IMG/VR virus record: IMGVR_UViG_3300049098_000053
Location: 1 to 58,100 of that record
Strand: one strand, 5' to 3'
Origin: a virus
Lineage: Duplodnaviria > Caudoviricetes
Length of the DNA: 58,100 bases
Position 1 is the first letter of the stretch. Every line of letters starts with the position of its first letter. Under the pieces are notes generated by a model that was not told the origin of the DNA, searched no databases, and saw nothing but the letters and a program-made list of their open reading frames with translations. A program made the translations under genes and the position numbers. Positions 45,925-55,168 of this stretch are shown here, piece by piece.

Positions 45925-46944
45925 TTAGCAGGTGCGGCGGTCTGCCGCGTTGCCGCCTTGGCCTTTCAGTTGCTCGGCCTTGGCGAGTAATTCAGCGGGC
46001 GGCATGATCACGCGCCCCTCGCTGTTGGTGATTCGGTTGACGCGGGCCCAGTGGTTCCACGCAAACGTCCGGCCCAGTCCTACGGTGATCGAGGTCGTGG
46101 GCCATTGGTCGGCCGGCTTGTTTACGAACTCCTCCCAGTCCTTGCCATAGGTGCAGACATCGGAGCCCCATCGGCTGTGCTTGCCAGTCATGGCGATGTG
46201 CTCGAGCTCGAGGGCCCGCTCGAATAACTCGGGGTGCCGGCCGGCCAGATAGTAGAGCTCCCACTTTTGAGACGCCGGGCAAAACCAGCAAGCCGATTTA
46301 ATCGGCACGGCCAGCCCTGCATCCAGGATCGCGTCGATACAGTCCTCGCGAGTCCATCCAAGTTGCTGCAGCGGGTAGCAATACCGGAAACTGTCATCGC
46401 ACTCTTTGAGGCGCTTCGAGCGCCTGAGATCTGCGGGGCCGGCATCGTAGCCGATCAGCTTCACGGGCATCACGCCGGCGGCCTGCGCCTCGATCCATAG
46501 CGGGTGCGGGTCGCACTGGTTGGGCCCGCTCTTGCAGCCCTTGACCACGAAATCCTGCGGCTGCTGTTTCCATTTGATGCTGCAGGACTTGCGGCCAAAG
46601 GCCAGCGAGGGGAGCGTCTCATTGGCGGTGTTGTTGCCCTCAAGGTCGCTATATGGCGCGGTAGTTGTCTTGTACTTGCAAACTGTGACGCGCGGCCAGC
46701 CTCGAGCCGCGAGCCAGTCGGACATTATGCCGACCTGCTCGAGGGTCTCGGGTTTCTCGCCGCCGGTGTCTGCGAACGTGATCAGATCAGGCCGCAAGCC
46801 TTGGCGATACATGGCGACCAGCATCGCGGTAGAGTCCACGCCGGCCCCATAGCAAACGATCACGGGGCCCTCTGGTAGCTCGATCGACGTGGCCGGCCGG
46901 CTCGGGAATAGGTCGGCCTGCATGGCTGCGCTAGTGCCAGTCAT
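45925..46944 (-). CDS. PAPS reductase-family (PP-loop) protein, GAGVDS subtype
   Basis: CYGAGVDSTAM, FADTGGEKPET, CSIKWK, KSACWFCP. Confidence 0.82.
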   Translation of the reverse strand: MTGTSAAMQADLFPSRPATSIELPEGPVIVCYGAGVDSTAMLVAMYRQGLRPDLITFADTGGEKPETLEQVGIMSDWLAARGWPRVTVCKYKTTTAPYSDLEGNNTANETLPSLAFGRKSCSIKWKQQPQDFVVKGCKSGPNQCDPHPLWIEAQAAGVMPVKLIGYDAGPADLRRSKRLKECDDSFRYCYPLQQLGWTREDCIDAILDAGLAVPIKSACWFCPASQKWELYYLAGRHPELFERALELEHIAMTGKHSRWGSDVCTYGKDWEEFVNKPADQWPTTSITVGLGRTFAWNHWARVNRITNSEGRVIMPPAELLAKAEQLKGQGGNAADRRTC

Positions 46945-47074
46945 AGATATAGCCCCCGAGCTCTTTGATAGTGGCCATGGCCTCGCGGTGCTCGGTGGCG
47001 CTGTAAGTTATCCAGGTTGTGCAGCCGGCATATGCGCGGCGCTGGTATCCCCAGTGAATTGTCGAGTATTTCAT
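46931..47074 (-). CDS. Small hypothetical protein (47 aa)
   Basis: CTAACGGAGG RBS element upstream; MKYSTIHWGY...; below the ORF-track cutoff. Confidence 0.45.
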   Translation of the reverse strand: MKYSTIHWGYQRRAYAGCTTWITYSATEHREAMATIKELGGYIYDWH

Positions 47075-47087
47075 CTCGTGCCCTCCG

Positions 47088-47891
47088 TTAGATCAGGCTA
47101 AGTTGTTCCGGCTCCTCGGCCGGCTGTGGATTCATGGCCCCGGCCAGTTTCTCGGCTAGGGGTCCGCTCGGGAACATCGTGAAGCCAGTCCGCTCCTCGA
47201 GCTCGATATATTTGGCCGCGAGGGCCGGATTGTGGGCCGCGGCGTTCCTGAGATCGCCCTCACAGCCCATAATGCAAAACATACAGCTGAGCCTCTCGTT
47301 CCCGCTCGAATAGGCGTGGAACGGCTTTTGATTGGCCTGCTTAATCTCGGCCCAGACATCGGCAACGGGCCAGTGCTGGATCGGGAGCCAGTCCCAGACC
47401 TCGCGGCCTGCCTTGGACAGTGCTTTATTCTGCACCCAGGATGGCCGGCGAGCTCGTGCGGCGCTTTCCTCGGATCGCAGCCCCATACAGTTCACGGCCA
47501 GCAATACGCCGCGGCGCTTGAGCTCGTGCCGGATAAACTTTTGAATAGGCCCGCGCTTGAGGTCGCTGGTGCACTGGCGGTGCTTGGGGCTCGGCCACGG
47601 CGGTACATCTGGCCGGCTCTCGTGCCGGCGCTCGACCATTTCGAGCAGGGTTTTCCCGGCCTTAACAACGTGGAGCCGGTGGTCGATGTTGCGCTCGATA
47701 TGCTCGATAACTCCCGGCCACTCGACCTCGCCCAGATTGGCGTGGACCACGCATATCTGATCCCGCGGGATCCCGATGCGGCGCAAATAGGCGTACATGG
47801 CTTGCGAGTCCTTGCCGCCGCTGTGGCTGCAAAAGAACACGGCCCCGCGGTTGGCAAGGTCCCGCCATTGGCTGCGCTTGTTGGTGCTCAT
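47088..47891 (-). CDS. PAPS reductase-family (PP-loop) protein, SGGKDS subtype
   Basis: SHSGGKDS, RQCTSDLK, GLRSEESAARA, RLSCMFC. Confidence 0.85.
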   Translation of the reverse strand: MSTNKRSQWRDLANRGAVFFCSHSGGKDSQAMYAYLRRIGIPRDQICVVHANLGEVEWPGVIEHIERNIDHRLHVVKAGKTLLEMVERRHESRPDVPPWPSPKHRQCTSDLKRGPIQKFIRHELKRRGVLLAVNCMGLRSEESAARARRPSWVQNKALSKAGREVWDWLPIQHWPVADVWAEIKQANQKPFHAYSSGNERLSCMFCIMGCEGDLRNAAAHNPALAAKYIELEERTGFTMFPSGPLAEKLAGAMNPQPAEEPEQLSLI

Positions 47892-48883
47892 GCGAATAGC
47901 TCCATTTGGCCAGTGATCGGCGTGACTGGGGCCGGCCGGGTGGCGGCTTTGATGCCGCCCCATTGCTCGGCCATGGCTCGGGCCACGCCCTTGAAAAAGG
48001 TGCTGCGAATCTTCCAGCGGTCGGCGCTCGGGCCGGTGCGATCGGCACCGCTCGGGCATTGGTTCGACCAGCGTTTTACAGTCTTGCCCTTGTACTGCTC
48101 GAGCCGGGGCTCGACATACTCGGCCGGGTCGGCCTCGAGCTTCTCGAGGTTCTCGAGCCAGAGACACGTCTGCTTGCTGTGATCGTGGCCGAATTGATAG
48201 GGCTGGATCATCTGGTCGGCTTTGCGTATCTGACCGCTTATGACGCTCTTGGGGTTCTCGATCGCCCACTGGTCAATCGGTGCCGCCATGAGGTCGCGAA
48301 CGAACTCGAGGGCCTCGGCCCGGGCTGCGCGGCGCTCTGCGCCGATCAGGGTGCCGGGTTTGATGTTGCGACCGTCGCCGTCGTCCTTGTAAGCCCATTC
48401 GGCGCTGGTCGTGAGGTAAGTGCACGGCGGGTGCGCGATCATCATGCTGTATCCGTCTCCGAGGATCTCGCGGACGTCTCGCTGGTGATGGATCCCGCCG
48501 GGGCTGTCGCTCGGGAGTATGTCGCAGGACTCGGCGCTGTGGCCCAGTCTTGCGAACTCGTCGCGGACGGTGCCGCTGTACTCGCAAGCCACTAGAATTC
48601 GGTGGAGGCGGTAGCCGCTGGCCTTGGCCTTCGCGGCCGCCTCGTTCATCTCGTCGGCGTAGTCCGACAAGGTAGCGCCGGGGCGCTGCAGGTGAACGCA
48701 CTCGGCAAGGATCTCGCCGGCGTCGGTGAAGTCGTGGACGTGGTCAACACCCTGGGTGTGCTCGGCCTCGTTCTGAGTCCGGACCTTGTCCAGCTGGTCG
48801 GCTGTGAGCTCGGCACGGATAGCCGCGGAATAGTCCGCGGCCAGCCGTGTGACGTCGAGCCGATCGAGTCGGATCAGGCTCAT
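47888..48883 (-). CDS. Phage C5 DNA-cytosine methyltransferase-like protein with N-terminal extension
   Basis: ILVACEYSG (motif I-like), AHPPCTYL (catalytic PC), IENP, RSTFFKGVA.AMA.QW. Confidence 0.78.
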   Translation of the reverse strand: MSLIRLDRLDVTRLAADYSAAIRAELTADQLDKVRTQNEAEHTQGVDHVHDFTDAGEILAECVHLQRPGATLSDYADEMNEAAAKAKASGYRLHRILVACEYSGTVRDEFARLGHSAESCDILPSDSPGGIHHQRDVREILGDGYSMMIAHPPCTYLTTSAEWAYKDDGDGRNIKPGTLIGAERRAARAEALEFVRDLMAAPIDQWAIENPKSVISGQIRKADQMIQPYQFGHDHSKQTCLWLENLEKLEADPAEYVEPRLEQYKGKTVKRWSNQCPSGADRTGPSADRWKIRSTFFKGVARAMAEQWGGIKAATRPAPVTPITGQMELFA

Positions 48884-49239
48884 GCCGTTGCCCTCTCGTG
48901 GTCGTGGCGTCGGTTGAGCTCGTCCTGCATGGCCTGCTTGAGCGATGCCTGATAGTTGGCGAGCGCCCGGTATCCGAAGCCGTCCATTGTGACGTCGCCG
49001 GGGTACAGGTCGCGGTGTGCGGCCGTGGCGTTCATCAACTTGGCCTCGATGCTGCCGCGGCTGCGGTTGAACAGCGGCCCCGGGCTGGTGCTGATGCCGG
49101 TGACGCTGTTGCATTGGGCTAACTTGATCAGGTGGCTCTTGGTGTAGGCCTCGCCGGCCAGAGCACAGTCGAGCATCGTGAAATACAGGTTGATGACAGC
49201 CTGATTCTCGAGCTCAGTCCAAGGTTTGCGTGTAGTCAT
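48880..49239 (-). CDS. Stand-alone domain resembling the N-terminal module of HNH/DUF3883-type restriction nucleases
   Basis: W...E....I..YF.ML, RSRGSIEAKLMN..A, GY....NYQ. Confidence 0.55.
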   Translation of the reverse strand: MTTRKPWTELENQAVINLYFTMLDCALAGEAYTKSHLIKLAQCNSVTGISTSPGPLFNRSRGSIEAKLMNATAAHRDLYPGDVTMDGFGYRALANYQASLKQAMQDELNRRHDHERATA

Positions 49240-49313
49240 TTCGTGACACTCCTCGCGGTTGTTGTTGGCGGGGTCTGCGGCCCCGGCTGGCACGACATCG
49301 GCCAGCACTACCG

Positions 49314-49342
49314 ACGATAGGGCCAGCGGCCCGGGGTGTCAA
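49314..49342 (-). promoter_or_regulatory. Strong sigma70-like early promoter
   Basis: TTGACA-17 bp-TATCGT on the minus strand, upstream of the accessory operon. Confidence 0.75.
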
Positions 49343-49398
49343 GGACTCATTTAATGCGCTAGGATTTTCGCACCCTCCAAGCCCCTGACCGAGGACAT

Positions 49399-50064
49399 AT
49401 GTCAAACAGCGATGCGCAGCCTGTAACCCAAGAGCCCCAAGTCATCGACCTGCCAGCCGCTCCCGAATCACGGGGGATAGGAAGGCCCACGACATACACG
49501 CCGGCGTTGGCTCAGCTGCTATGCGCAAGACTCGCGGACGGTGAGACCCTGAGCCAGATCTGCAGGACCCCCGGCATGCCCGCACGGCAAACGGTGCACC
49601 AGTGGCGCATGAGAATGCCGGCCTTTGGCGACCTGTACGCCCGAGCGCGCGAAATCGGCATGGAGTCAATGGGCGACGACATGCTCGAGATCGCGGACGA
49701 CGACACGCTGGATCTCGACGAGGATGGCCGGCCGAATAGCGCCAGCGTCCAGCGCAGCCGGCTGCAGGTGGATGCCCGCCGGTTCCTGATGGCCAAGCTA
49801 GCCCCCAAGGTGTACGGCGATCGGGTCGAGCACCAGCATAGCGGCAACGTGGAGCACACTGTCACCTTGTCCGACCGGGAGCGCATGCGCCGCCTGATCT
49901 CGTTCGCTGCTCAGGACTCGGCCAGCGGTGCGCTCCTCGAGGGTGAGGTCGAGGCCAGCCCGCAAGCGCCAGACCTGCCCGCCTCGCCTGCCCTGCCTGC
50001 CTCACCGAATGAGATCGAGCTCAGCGCCATAGATGAACCGCGCGTAAGGGACGATGAGGTTTGA
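49399..50064 (+). CDS. terS: Terminase small subunit (Sf6/P22-like)
   Basis: GRPTTYT..ICRTPGMP..TV..W, YARARE, RL.VDAR..MAKLAPK.YG. Confidence 0.88.
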   Translation: MSNSDAQPVTQEPQVIDLPAAPESRGIGRPTTYTPALAQLLCARLADGETLSQICRTPGMPARQTVHQWRMRMPAFGDLYARAREIGMESMGDDMLEIADDDTLDLDEDGRPNSASVQRSRLQVDARRFLMAKLAPKVYGDRVEHQHSGNVEHTVTLSDRERMRRLISFAAQDSASGALLEGEVEASPQAPDLPASPALPASPNEIELSAIDEPRVRDDEV

Positions 50065-50254
50065 TAGAGGTCCCAATTACCACGCCGGGGGGCCGCTGTG
50101 GCCGCGGGGACTGGGGGGTGTGGGGCGCGCTCGTACATTTTGTCCTGGAAACCGCAGGGAAGTTGTTTCTAATGAAACTACCGGAAAATTTCCGGTGGCC
50201 ACCGCCCGGGCAGGAGCCCTTGCTGTGCGCTTTTGCCCGCAGGAATTTTAAAAA

Positions 50255-50440
50255 ATGATGGAAATTGTGCTTTTGCTCTGGATATTGGGGCCCGATGGGG
50301 ACTTGCAGCCGTTGGAGCGATTTAGCGGCTGGTATGCGGTCGGGGATTGCGAGGATTTCGTGGAGACGCTTTTTGCGCGGAATCCGCACGATGGATTTCA
50401 GCTGCAGGGTGTGGCCCGGTGCGTGGAGGTTCCGAAGTGA
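50255..50440 (+). CDS. Small hypothetical protein
   Basis: Hydrophobic N-terminus, two Cys. Confidence 0.55.
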   Translation: MMEIVLLLWILGPDGDLQPLERFSGWYAVGDCEDFVETLFARNPHDGFQLQGVARCVEVPK

Positions 50441-50682
50441 CGCCGGGTGAAGCGGCGCGCGCGGAATTCCGGCGCCAGCAGCGTTACTGGCGGGAACGGG
50501 CGGCTATTGCCCGCCGTGGCCGGTATGTCGTCAAACACGGGTTTGGACGATCTGAGGTCAAGGGGCGTAAGATACGGGCCTCGAGCCAGAACAAGGATGT
50601 GGCTCAGCGCAAGAAACGGGCACGGAATCGCCTACGGACCAAATTGAAGCGTTTACAACGACAACGACTGATGAGGAGATGA
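50437..50682 (+). CDS. Small Arg/Lys-rich protein
   Basis: GGAGG RBS, GTGA coupling. Confidence 0.5.
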   Translation: MTPGEAARAEFRRQQRYWRERAAIARRGRYVVKHGFGRSEVKGRKIRASSQNKDVAQRKKRARNRLRTKLKRLQRQRLMRR

Positions 50683-50683
50683 C

Positions 50684-50941
50684 ATGTCGGATGAGACCAA
50701 CGTAGAAGCACCAGACGCGCCTGAGACGACCGTTTCGGACGCGATCGATGAATCGCGGCCCGATGAGGCCACAGATCCGTCGGAGCCGGAGGCGGCTGAC
50801 GTGCCGGAGCGCGAGCCGACGCAGGCTGAAAAGCGCAAAGCCGCTCAGAAGAATATGGCGAAAAATTCGCGCGAAAAAGAAGCGCGCAAGCGCGGTGTTG
50901 GCCAAGCTGGCGAGAGCGAGGAGGCTCCCGCTGAGGAGTGA
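50684..50941 (+). CDS. Small charged hypothetical protein
   Basis: GAGGAG RBS. Confidence 0.65.
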   Translation: MSDETNVEAPDAPETTVSDAIDESRPDEATDPSEPEAADVPEREPTQAEKRKAAQKNMAKNSREKEARKRGVGQAGESEEAPAEE

Positions 50942-51123
50942 AGCCCGCACAGGCGCCGGAATTTGACCGCCGTACCGGCGAGTCCTGGGTGGCTCGCTGG
51001 TATCGGCTGACCGGAAATATGCCTGATGGCTACGACGCTGCACGAAAACTGGTTTTGAGTCACCGCCAGCACCGCCGGCTAGACCGCGTCCTCGAGGAGG
51101 GAATCCGTGTCAGAACAAACTGA
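50938..51123 (+). CDS. Small hypothetical protein
   Basis: GTGA coupling. Confidence 0.5.
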   Translation: MKPAQAPEFDRRTGESWVARWYRLTGNMPDGYDAARKLVLSHRQHRRLDRVLEEGIRVRTN

Positions 51124-51343
51124 AAAGATCAATGAGCCGTGGCAGGTCATGCGCACGGCCTACACCATGCGCGAGGGCATGGATTACACCGATGCCGTGG
51201 TTCGCGCGCCCAATGGTGTCGAGATCCGCATACGTGTTGGTGGCATGAAAACCAAGCCAGAGCACGAGGCTTTCCTGATCGATGAGGCAAAGCTGCAGAT
51301 GCCAAAAAGGCCGATTAACGGCGCCGGGGCAGGAATGCACTGA
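51107..51343 (+). CDS. Small hypothetical protein
   Basis: GAGGAGG RBS; coupled to terL. Confidence 0.6.
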   Translation: MSEQTEKINEPWQVMRTAYTMREGMDYTDAVVRAPNGVEIRIRVGGMKTKPEHEAFLIDEAKLQMPKRPINGAGAGMH

Positions 51344-52998
51344 TGAGCGCAAGCATTGAGCAAATGAGCGTCGACGAGGCACTGGCCATGTACGAACAGC
51401 TGCCAGAGGCCGAGCGGCACGAGCTCGATGCGCTGATCGATAAACGATCTCAGAACGAATTGTGGATCCCATCGGCAGGGCCACAACTCGAGGCCATGCT
51501 GTCAGAAGCCGATATTTTGCTATACGGGGGTGAGGGTGGGGGTGGCAAGACCGATCTCGGTCTGGGCCTCGCGTTCACTCAGCATGAACGCTCCCTGATC
51601 ATTCGCCGCCAATACACCGATCTGCGCGGAATCACCGATCGGGCCAAGGAAATTAACTCGACCGAAAAGGGCTACAACGGGTCCAGCCCGCCACGTCTGG
51701 TCACGATCAACAAAAAACTCATCGACTTTGGCGCGCTGTCGGAGGAGGGTAGCGAGGAAGCATGGCAGGGCCAGCCACACGATCTGATCTACATTGACGA
51801 GGTCGTCCAGAACCGTGAACACCAAGTCCGGTTTCTCATGGGCTGGAACCGCTCCACCAAAGAGGGCCAACGATGCCGGGTCGTCCTGGGCTCTAACCCG
51901 CCAATCAACTCACAGGGCGTCTGGATTATCGCCATGTTCGCCCCGTGGCTCGATCCTCGCTACCCCGATCCGGCTGAATACGGCGAGCTCCGATGGTGCG
52001 TCACCAGCCAGGATGCCTCGGGCAATACGTTCGATCAGTGGGTCGAGGGCCCCGATGTCAAAATCCCAAGCGGCAAATTCGACGAGAAAACCGGCGAGCC
52101 GCTGTACCTGAAACCGCTCTCAAGGACGTTCATTCCGGCACACCTGTCGGACAACCCGTTCCTCGCCAACACCAATTACGCAGCACAACTGGACGCGCTG
52201 CCGGAGCCGCTGCGCTCGGCTATCCGCGACGGCAACTTTATGGCCGCGCGAAAGGATGAAGTCGATCAGGTCGTCCCGATGGCGTGGGTCCACGCTGCGC
52301 AGAACCGCTGGCTGGAAGCTGAGGGCCAGCCGCCGTCAGGAGTGCCTATGTGCGCGATCGGCGTCGACTGTGCCCGCTCCAAGGACAAAACCGTGCTCGC
52401 ACCGCGATATGACGGCTTCTACCCGAAACTGATCGCCGTACCGGGCAAGGAAACACCGCACGGCCGCGATGTCGCCGCTCTGGTGCTCAAATACCGCCGC
52501 GACGGCGCTATGCCCGTGATTGACGTGGGTGAGGTCAACGGCGCCGAGGCATACGCGCATCTGGATGAAAACGGCGTCCAGTGCATCCGGCACATGGGCA
52601 TGGACAAGTCGGTCGGCCGGACCAAGTCGAAACATCTCAAATTTTTCAACAAGCGCGCCGAGGTCTACTGGAAATTCATGGAAGCCCTCGATCCGGAGCA
52701 AGATGGCGGTTCCCCGATCGCGCTGCCCGACGATCCCGAGCTCGTGGCCGAGCTCTGCGCCCTCAAGTGGGAACTGGTCCCGCAAGGCATCAAAGTCACG
52801 CCGAAAAAGGATCTGGTCAAGGAACTGGGCCATTCGCCGGACAAGGCCGACGCTGTCGTCATGTCCTGGGCCGCAGGCGCCAAATCAGTCACGCATCTGG
52901 CCCAGTGGCGTGACGATCAGAGAACTGGTAACTTTGGCGGCAAGCGACGTCCATCGGTCAACATGGGTCCTCGTCGCAAGCATGCAAGGAGGCATTGA
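51343..52998 (+). CDS. terL: Terminase large subunit
   Basis: YGGEGGGGKT Walker A, YIDE Walker B, GSNP, IGVD, SPDKADA. Confidence 0.95.
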   Translation: MSASIEQMSVDEALAMYEQLPEAERHELDALIDKRSQNELWIPSAGPQLEAMLSEADILLYGGEGGGGKTDLGLGLAFTQHERSLIIRRQYTDLRGITDRAKEINSTEKGYNGSSPPRLVTINKKLIDFGALSEEGSEEAWQGQPHDLIYIDEVVQNREHQVRFLMGWNRSTKEGQRCRVVLGSNPPINSQGVWIIAMFAPWLDPRYPDPAEYGELRWCVTSQDASGNTFDQWVEGPDVKIPSGKFDEKTGEPLYLKPLSRTFIPAHLSDNPFLANTNYAAQLDALPEPLRSAIRDGNFMAARKDEVDQVVPMAWVHAAQNRWLEAEGQPPSGVPMCAIGVDCARSKDKTVLAPRYDGFYPKLIAVPGKETPHGRDVAALVLKYRRDGAMPVIDVGEVNGAEAYAHLDENGVQCIRHMGMDKSVGRTKSKHLKFFNKRAEVYWKFMEALDPEQDGGSPIALPDDPELVAELCALKWELVPQGIKVTPKKDLVKELGHSPDKADAVVMSWAAGAKSVTHLAQWRDDQRTGNFGGKRRPSVNMGPRRKHARRH

Positions 52999-53189
52999 TG
53001 GGCAGTATGTTCGGATCCGGCATGAGTGCCAGCGAGAAGCGTCAAATCAAACTCGACAAGATGTACGCCGGCGCATCGATGCCAGACGAGGAAGTCATCA
53101 AGCGCAACGAGCGCCGCAAGGCCGCAACGCGCCGCGGATCCCGAGTTCGCAACGTACTCACTGATAACGGCGAGGATATGCTCGGATGA
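52995..53189 (+). CDS. Small pre-portal virion protein
   Basis: RRGSRVRNVLT...LG; typical position. Confidence 0.7.
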   Translation: MMGSMFGSGMSASEKRQIKLDKMYAGASMPDEEVIKRNERRKAATRRGSRVRNVLTDNGEDMLG

Positions 53190-54823
53190 GACCCCGCGAG
53201 ATATGCGAACGCGCTGGCCAGCTTTATAGCGACCGCAAAGCGATCACCACGTTATGGCAAGAAATCGCAGAGAACTTCTACCCGCAAAGGGCCGATTTTA
53301 CGATCAGGCGCTACGTGGGCGAGGAGTTCGCAGAGCATTTGTATTCTTCGTATCCAATCCTGGTTCACCGGGATTTGAGCAACGCCTTCGCCGCTATGTT
53401 GAGGCCACGGAAAAAGGAGTGGTTTGGCATACTGGTTGACGATATGGATACCGTTTCTCGGGCCGGCAAGATGTGGCTCGAGTGGGCGACCAAGCGTATG
53501 CGCTGGTTCATGTATGACCGCCGCGCCAATTTCATCCGTGCGACCTCCGAGGGCGATGCCGATTTCGCCGCTTTCGGCCAATGCCTGATCACCCGCGACA
53601 TGAACTGGAACGCCCAGACGCCGCACCTGCTCTATCGGTGCTGGCACCTTCGGGACTGCGCATGGTCGGAGATGGCGACCGGCGATCTGGGCGAGATCTA
53701 CTTCAAGTGGAAGCCGACCGTCAAAGAGCTCAAGGAGCAATTTGGCGAGGACAAGCTGCACCGCGACATCGCAAAGGTCAAAACCAAAGAGAATCTCCGT
53801 AAGGTCAAGTGCTTGCGCGCCGTCATCTCGACTGACGTCTACGATGGCCAGAGCGGCCAAGCCAAGGGCTACCCGTGGATCGTGGTGTATCTCGACAAGG
53901 AGAACAACCACATCATGGAGGAGTTCGGCGTATATTCACACGGCACCACTCTCCCCCGGTGGCAGACCGTGTCGGGAAGCCAGTACGCCTACTCGCCGGC
54001 TACCGTGGCCGGTTTGCCAGATGCTCGTCTCCTGCAGGCAATGAGCCTCACCCTGCTCGAGGCCGGGGAGATGAGCGTCAGGCCTCCGATGATCGCGACC
54101 CAGGACGCCATCCGTGGCGACGTCCAGCTGTATTCCGGCGGCATCACATGGGCCGATGTGGAGTACGACGAGCGCAAGGGCGACGTGCTGAGACCTATCA
54201 CCCAGGATAGGCGCGGACTGCCGATGGGCTACGAGAACGCCGAGCGCCAGATGGGCATGCTGGCTGAGGCCTTCTACATCAACAAATTGACCTTGCCGCC
54301 CCCAGAGGGCGACATGACCGCTTTCGAGGTGGGCCAGCGCGTCGAGGAGTATGTGCGACAAGCGTTACCGCTATTTGAGCCGATGGAGCACGAATACAAC
54401 GGACAGCTCTGTGAGGACACATTCGACGCCCTACTCCGCGCTGGCGCCCTCGGATCCCCTCAAGACATGCCGCCAGAACTGAGGGGCCGCCAGATCCATT
54501 TCAGGTTCGAGAGCCCGCTACACGACGCAATGGAACGCAAAGAGGCATCGACGTTCATGGAGGCCTCGGAGCTCATTCGCATCGCCGTCGAAACGGATCC
54601 GACCGCACTGGCACACTACGACTCCGGTCTGGCTCTGCGGTCGGCCCTCGAGGGCATCGGTGTGCAGGCCAAGCACGTCAGGGACAAGGATCAGGTCGAA
54701 CAAATCATCGCTGCCAACGCGCAGCAGGCCGCGGCCGAGGAACAGGCCGCCGTTGCAAGAGAAGCCGGAGCAGCGACAAGGGAATTCGCGCAGGCCGAGA
54801 AACTATCAAGGGCCGCCGCATAA
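53186..54823 (+). CDS. Portal / head-to-tail connector
   Basis: WQEIAENFYP, RW....G..Y.YSP, MTAFEV..R.EE motifs; 545 aa. Confidence 0.92.
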   Translation: MRPREICERAGQLYSDRKAITTLWQEIAENFYPQRADFTIRRYVGEEFAEHLYSSYPILVHRDLSNAFAAMLRPRKKEWFGILVDDMDTVSRAGKMWLEWATKRMRWFMYDRRANFIRATSEGDADFAAFGQCLITRDMNWNAQTPHLLYRCWHLRDCAWSEMATGDLGEIYFKWKPTVKELKEQFGEDKLHRDIAKVKTKENLRKVKCLRAVISTDVYDGQSGQAKGYPWIVVYLDKENNHIMEEFGVYSHGTTLPRWQTVSGSQYAYSPATVAGLPDARLLQAMSLTLLEAGEMSVRPPMIATQDAIRGDVQLYSGGITWADVEYDERKGDVLRPITQDRRGLPMGYENAERQMGMLAEAFYINKLTLPPPEGDMTAFEVGQRVEEYVRQALPLFEPMEHEYNGQLCEDTFDALLRAGALGSPQDMPPELRGRQIHFRFESPLHDAMERKEASTFMEASELIRIAVETDPTALAHYDSGLALRSALEGIGVQAKHVRDKDQVEQIIAANAQQAAAEEQAAVAREAGAATREFAQAEKLSRAAA

Positions 54824-55168
54824 TTGCCAGTTAGAAGCACGATCGCTGAGTGCCTGCCGAATCGGGATCCCCACCAGCGCCCCGACTACACCGAGGCTGA
54901 GGTCCAGGCTATTCGAGCCTGCCATCGTGGTGAGGCGTCCGCTCGCCAGCAACGCATGGCGCTCGACTGCCTCGTCCGCATTGCCGGCACCCACGATATG
55001 AGCTACCGGCCCGGTGACACTCACGCCACAGCATTTGCAGAGGGCCGCCGGCATGTCGGCCTCGACATCGTCTGGTTCATCAATCAGGCGCCAACAAAAA
55101 CGGATCCTGATAAGATCTCGACACGAAACCCAGAGGTAGACCCAAATGACCGACCAGACAACCGATGA
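54824..55168 (+). CDS. Bbp19-like protein
   Basis: TAFAEGRRHVGL motif; follows the portal. Confidence 0.75.
   Translation: MPVRSTIAECLPNRDPHQRPDYTEAEVQAIRACHRGEASARQQRMALDCLVRIAGTHDMSYRPGDTHATAFAEGRRHVGLDIVWFINQAPTKTDPDKISTRNPEVDPNDRPDNR

Noticed and set aside
45925-47891. Auxiliary sulfate-assimilation cysH genes or a canonical Dnd system
   Set aside because: No cys pathway or dndB/D/E partners; the context is an MTase-like gene and clamp-like motifs
47088-49308. Long N-terminal extensions in the ORF track (to 48269, 49114, 49308; likewise 29692, 30492, 40584, 56677)
   Set aside because: Downstream ATGs with RBS or stop/start coupling give non-overlapping genes
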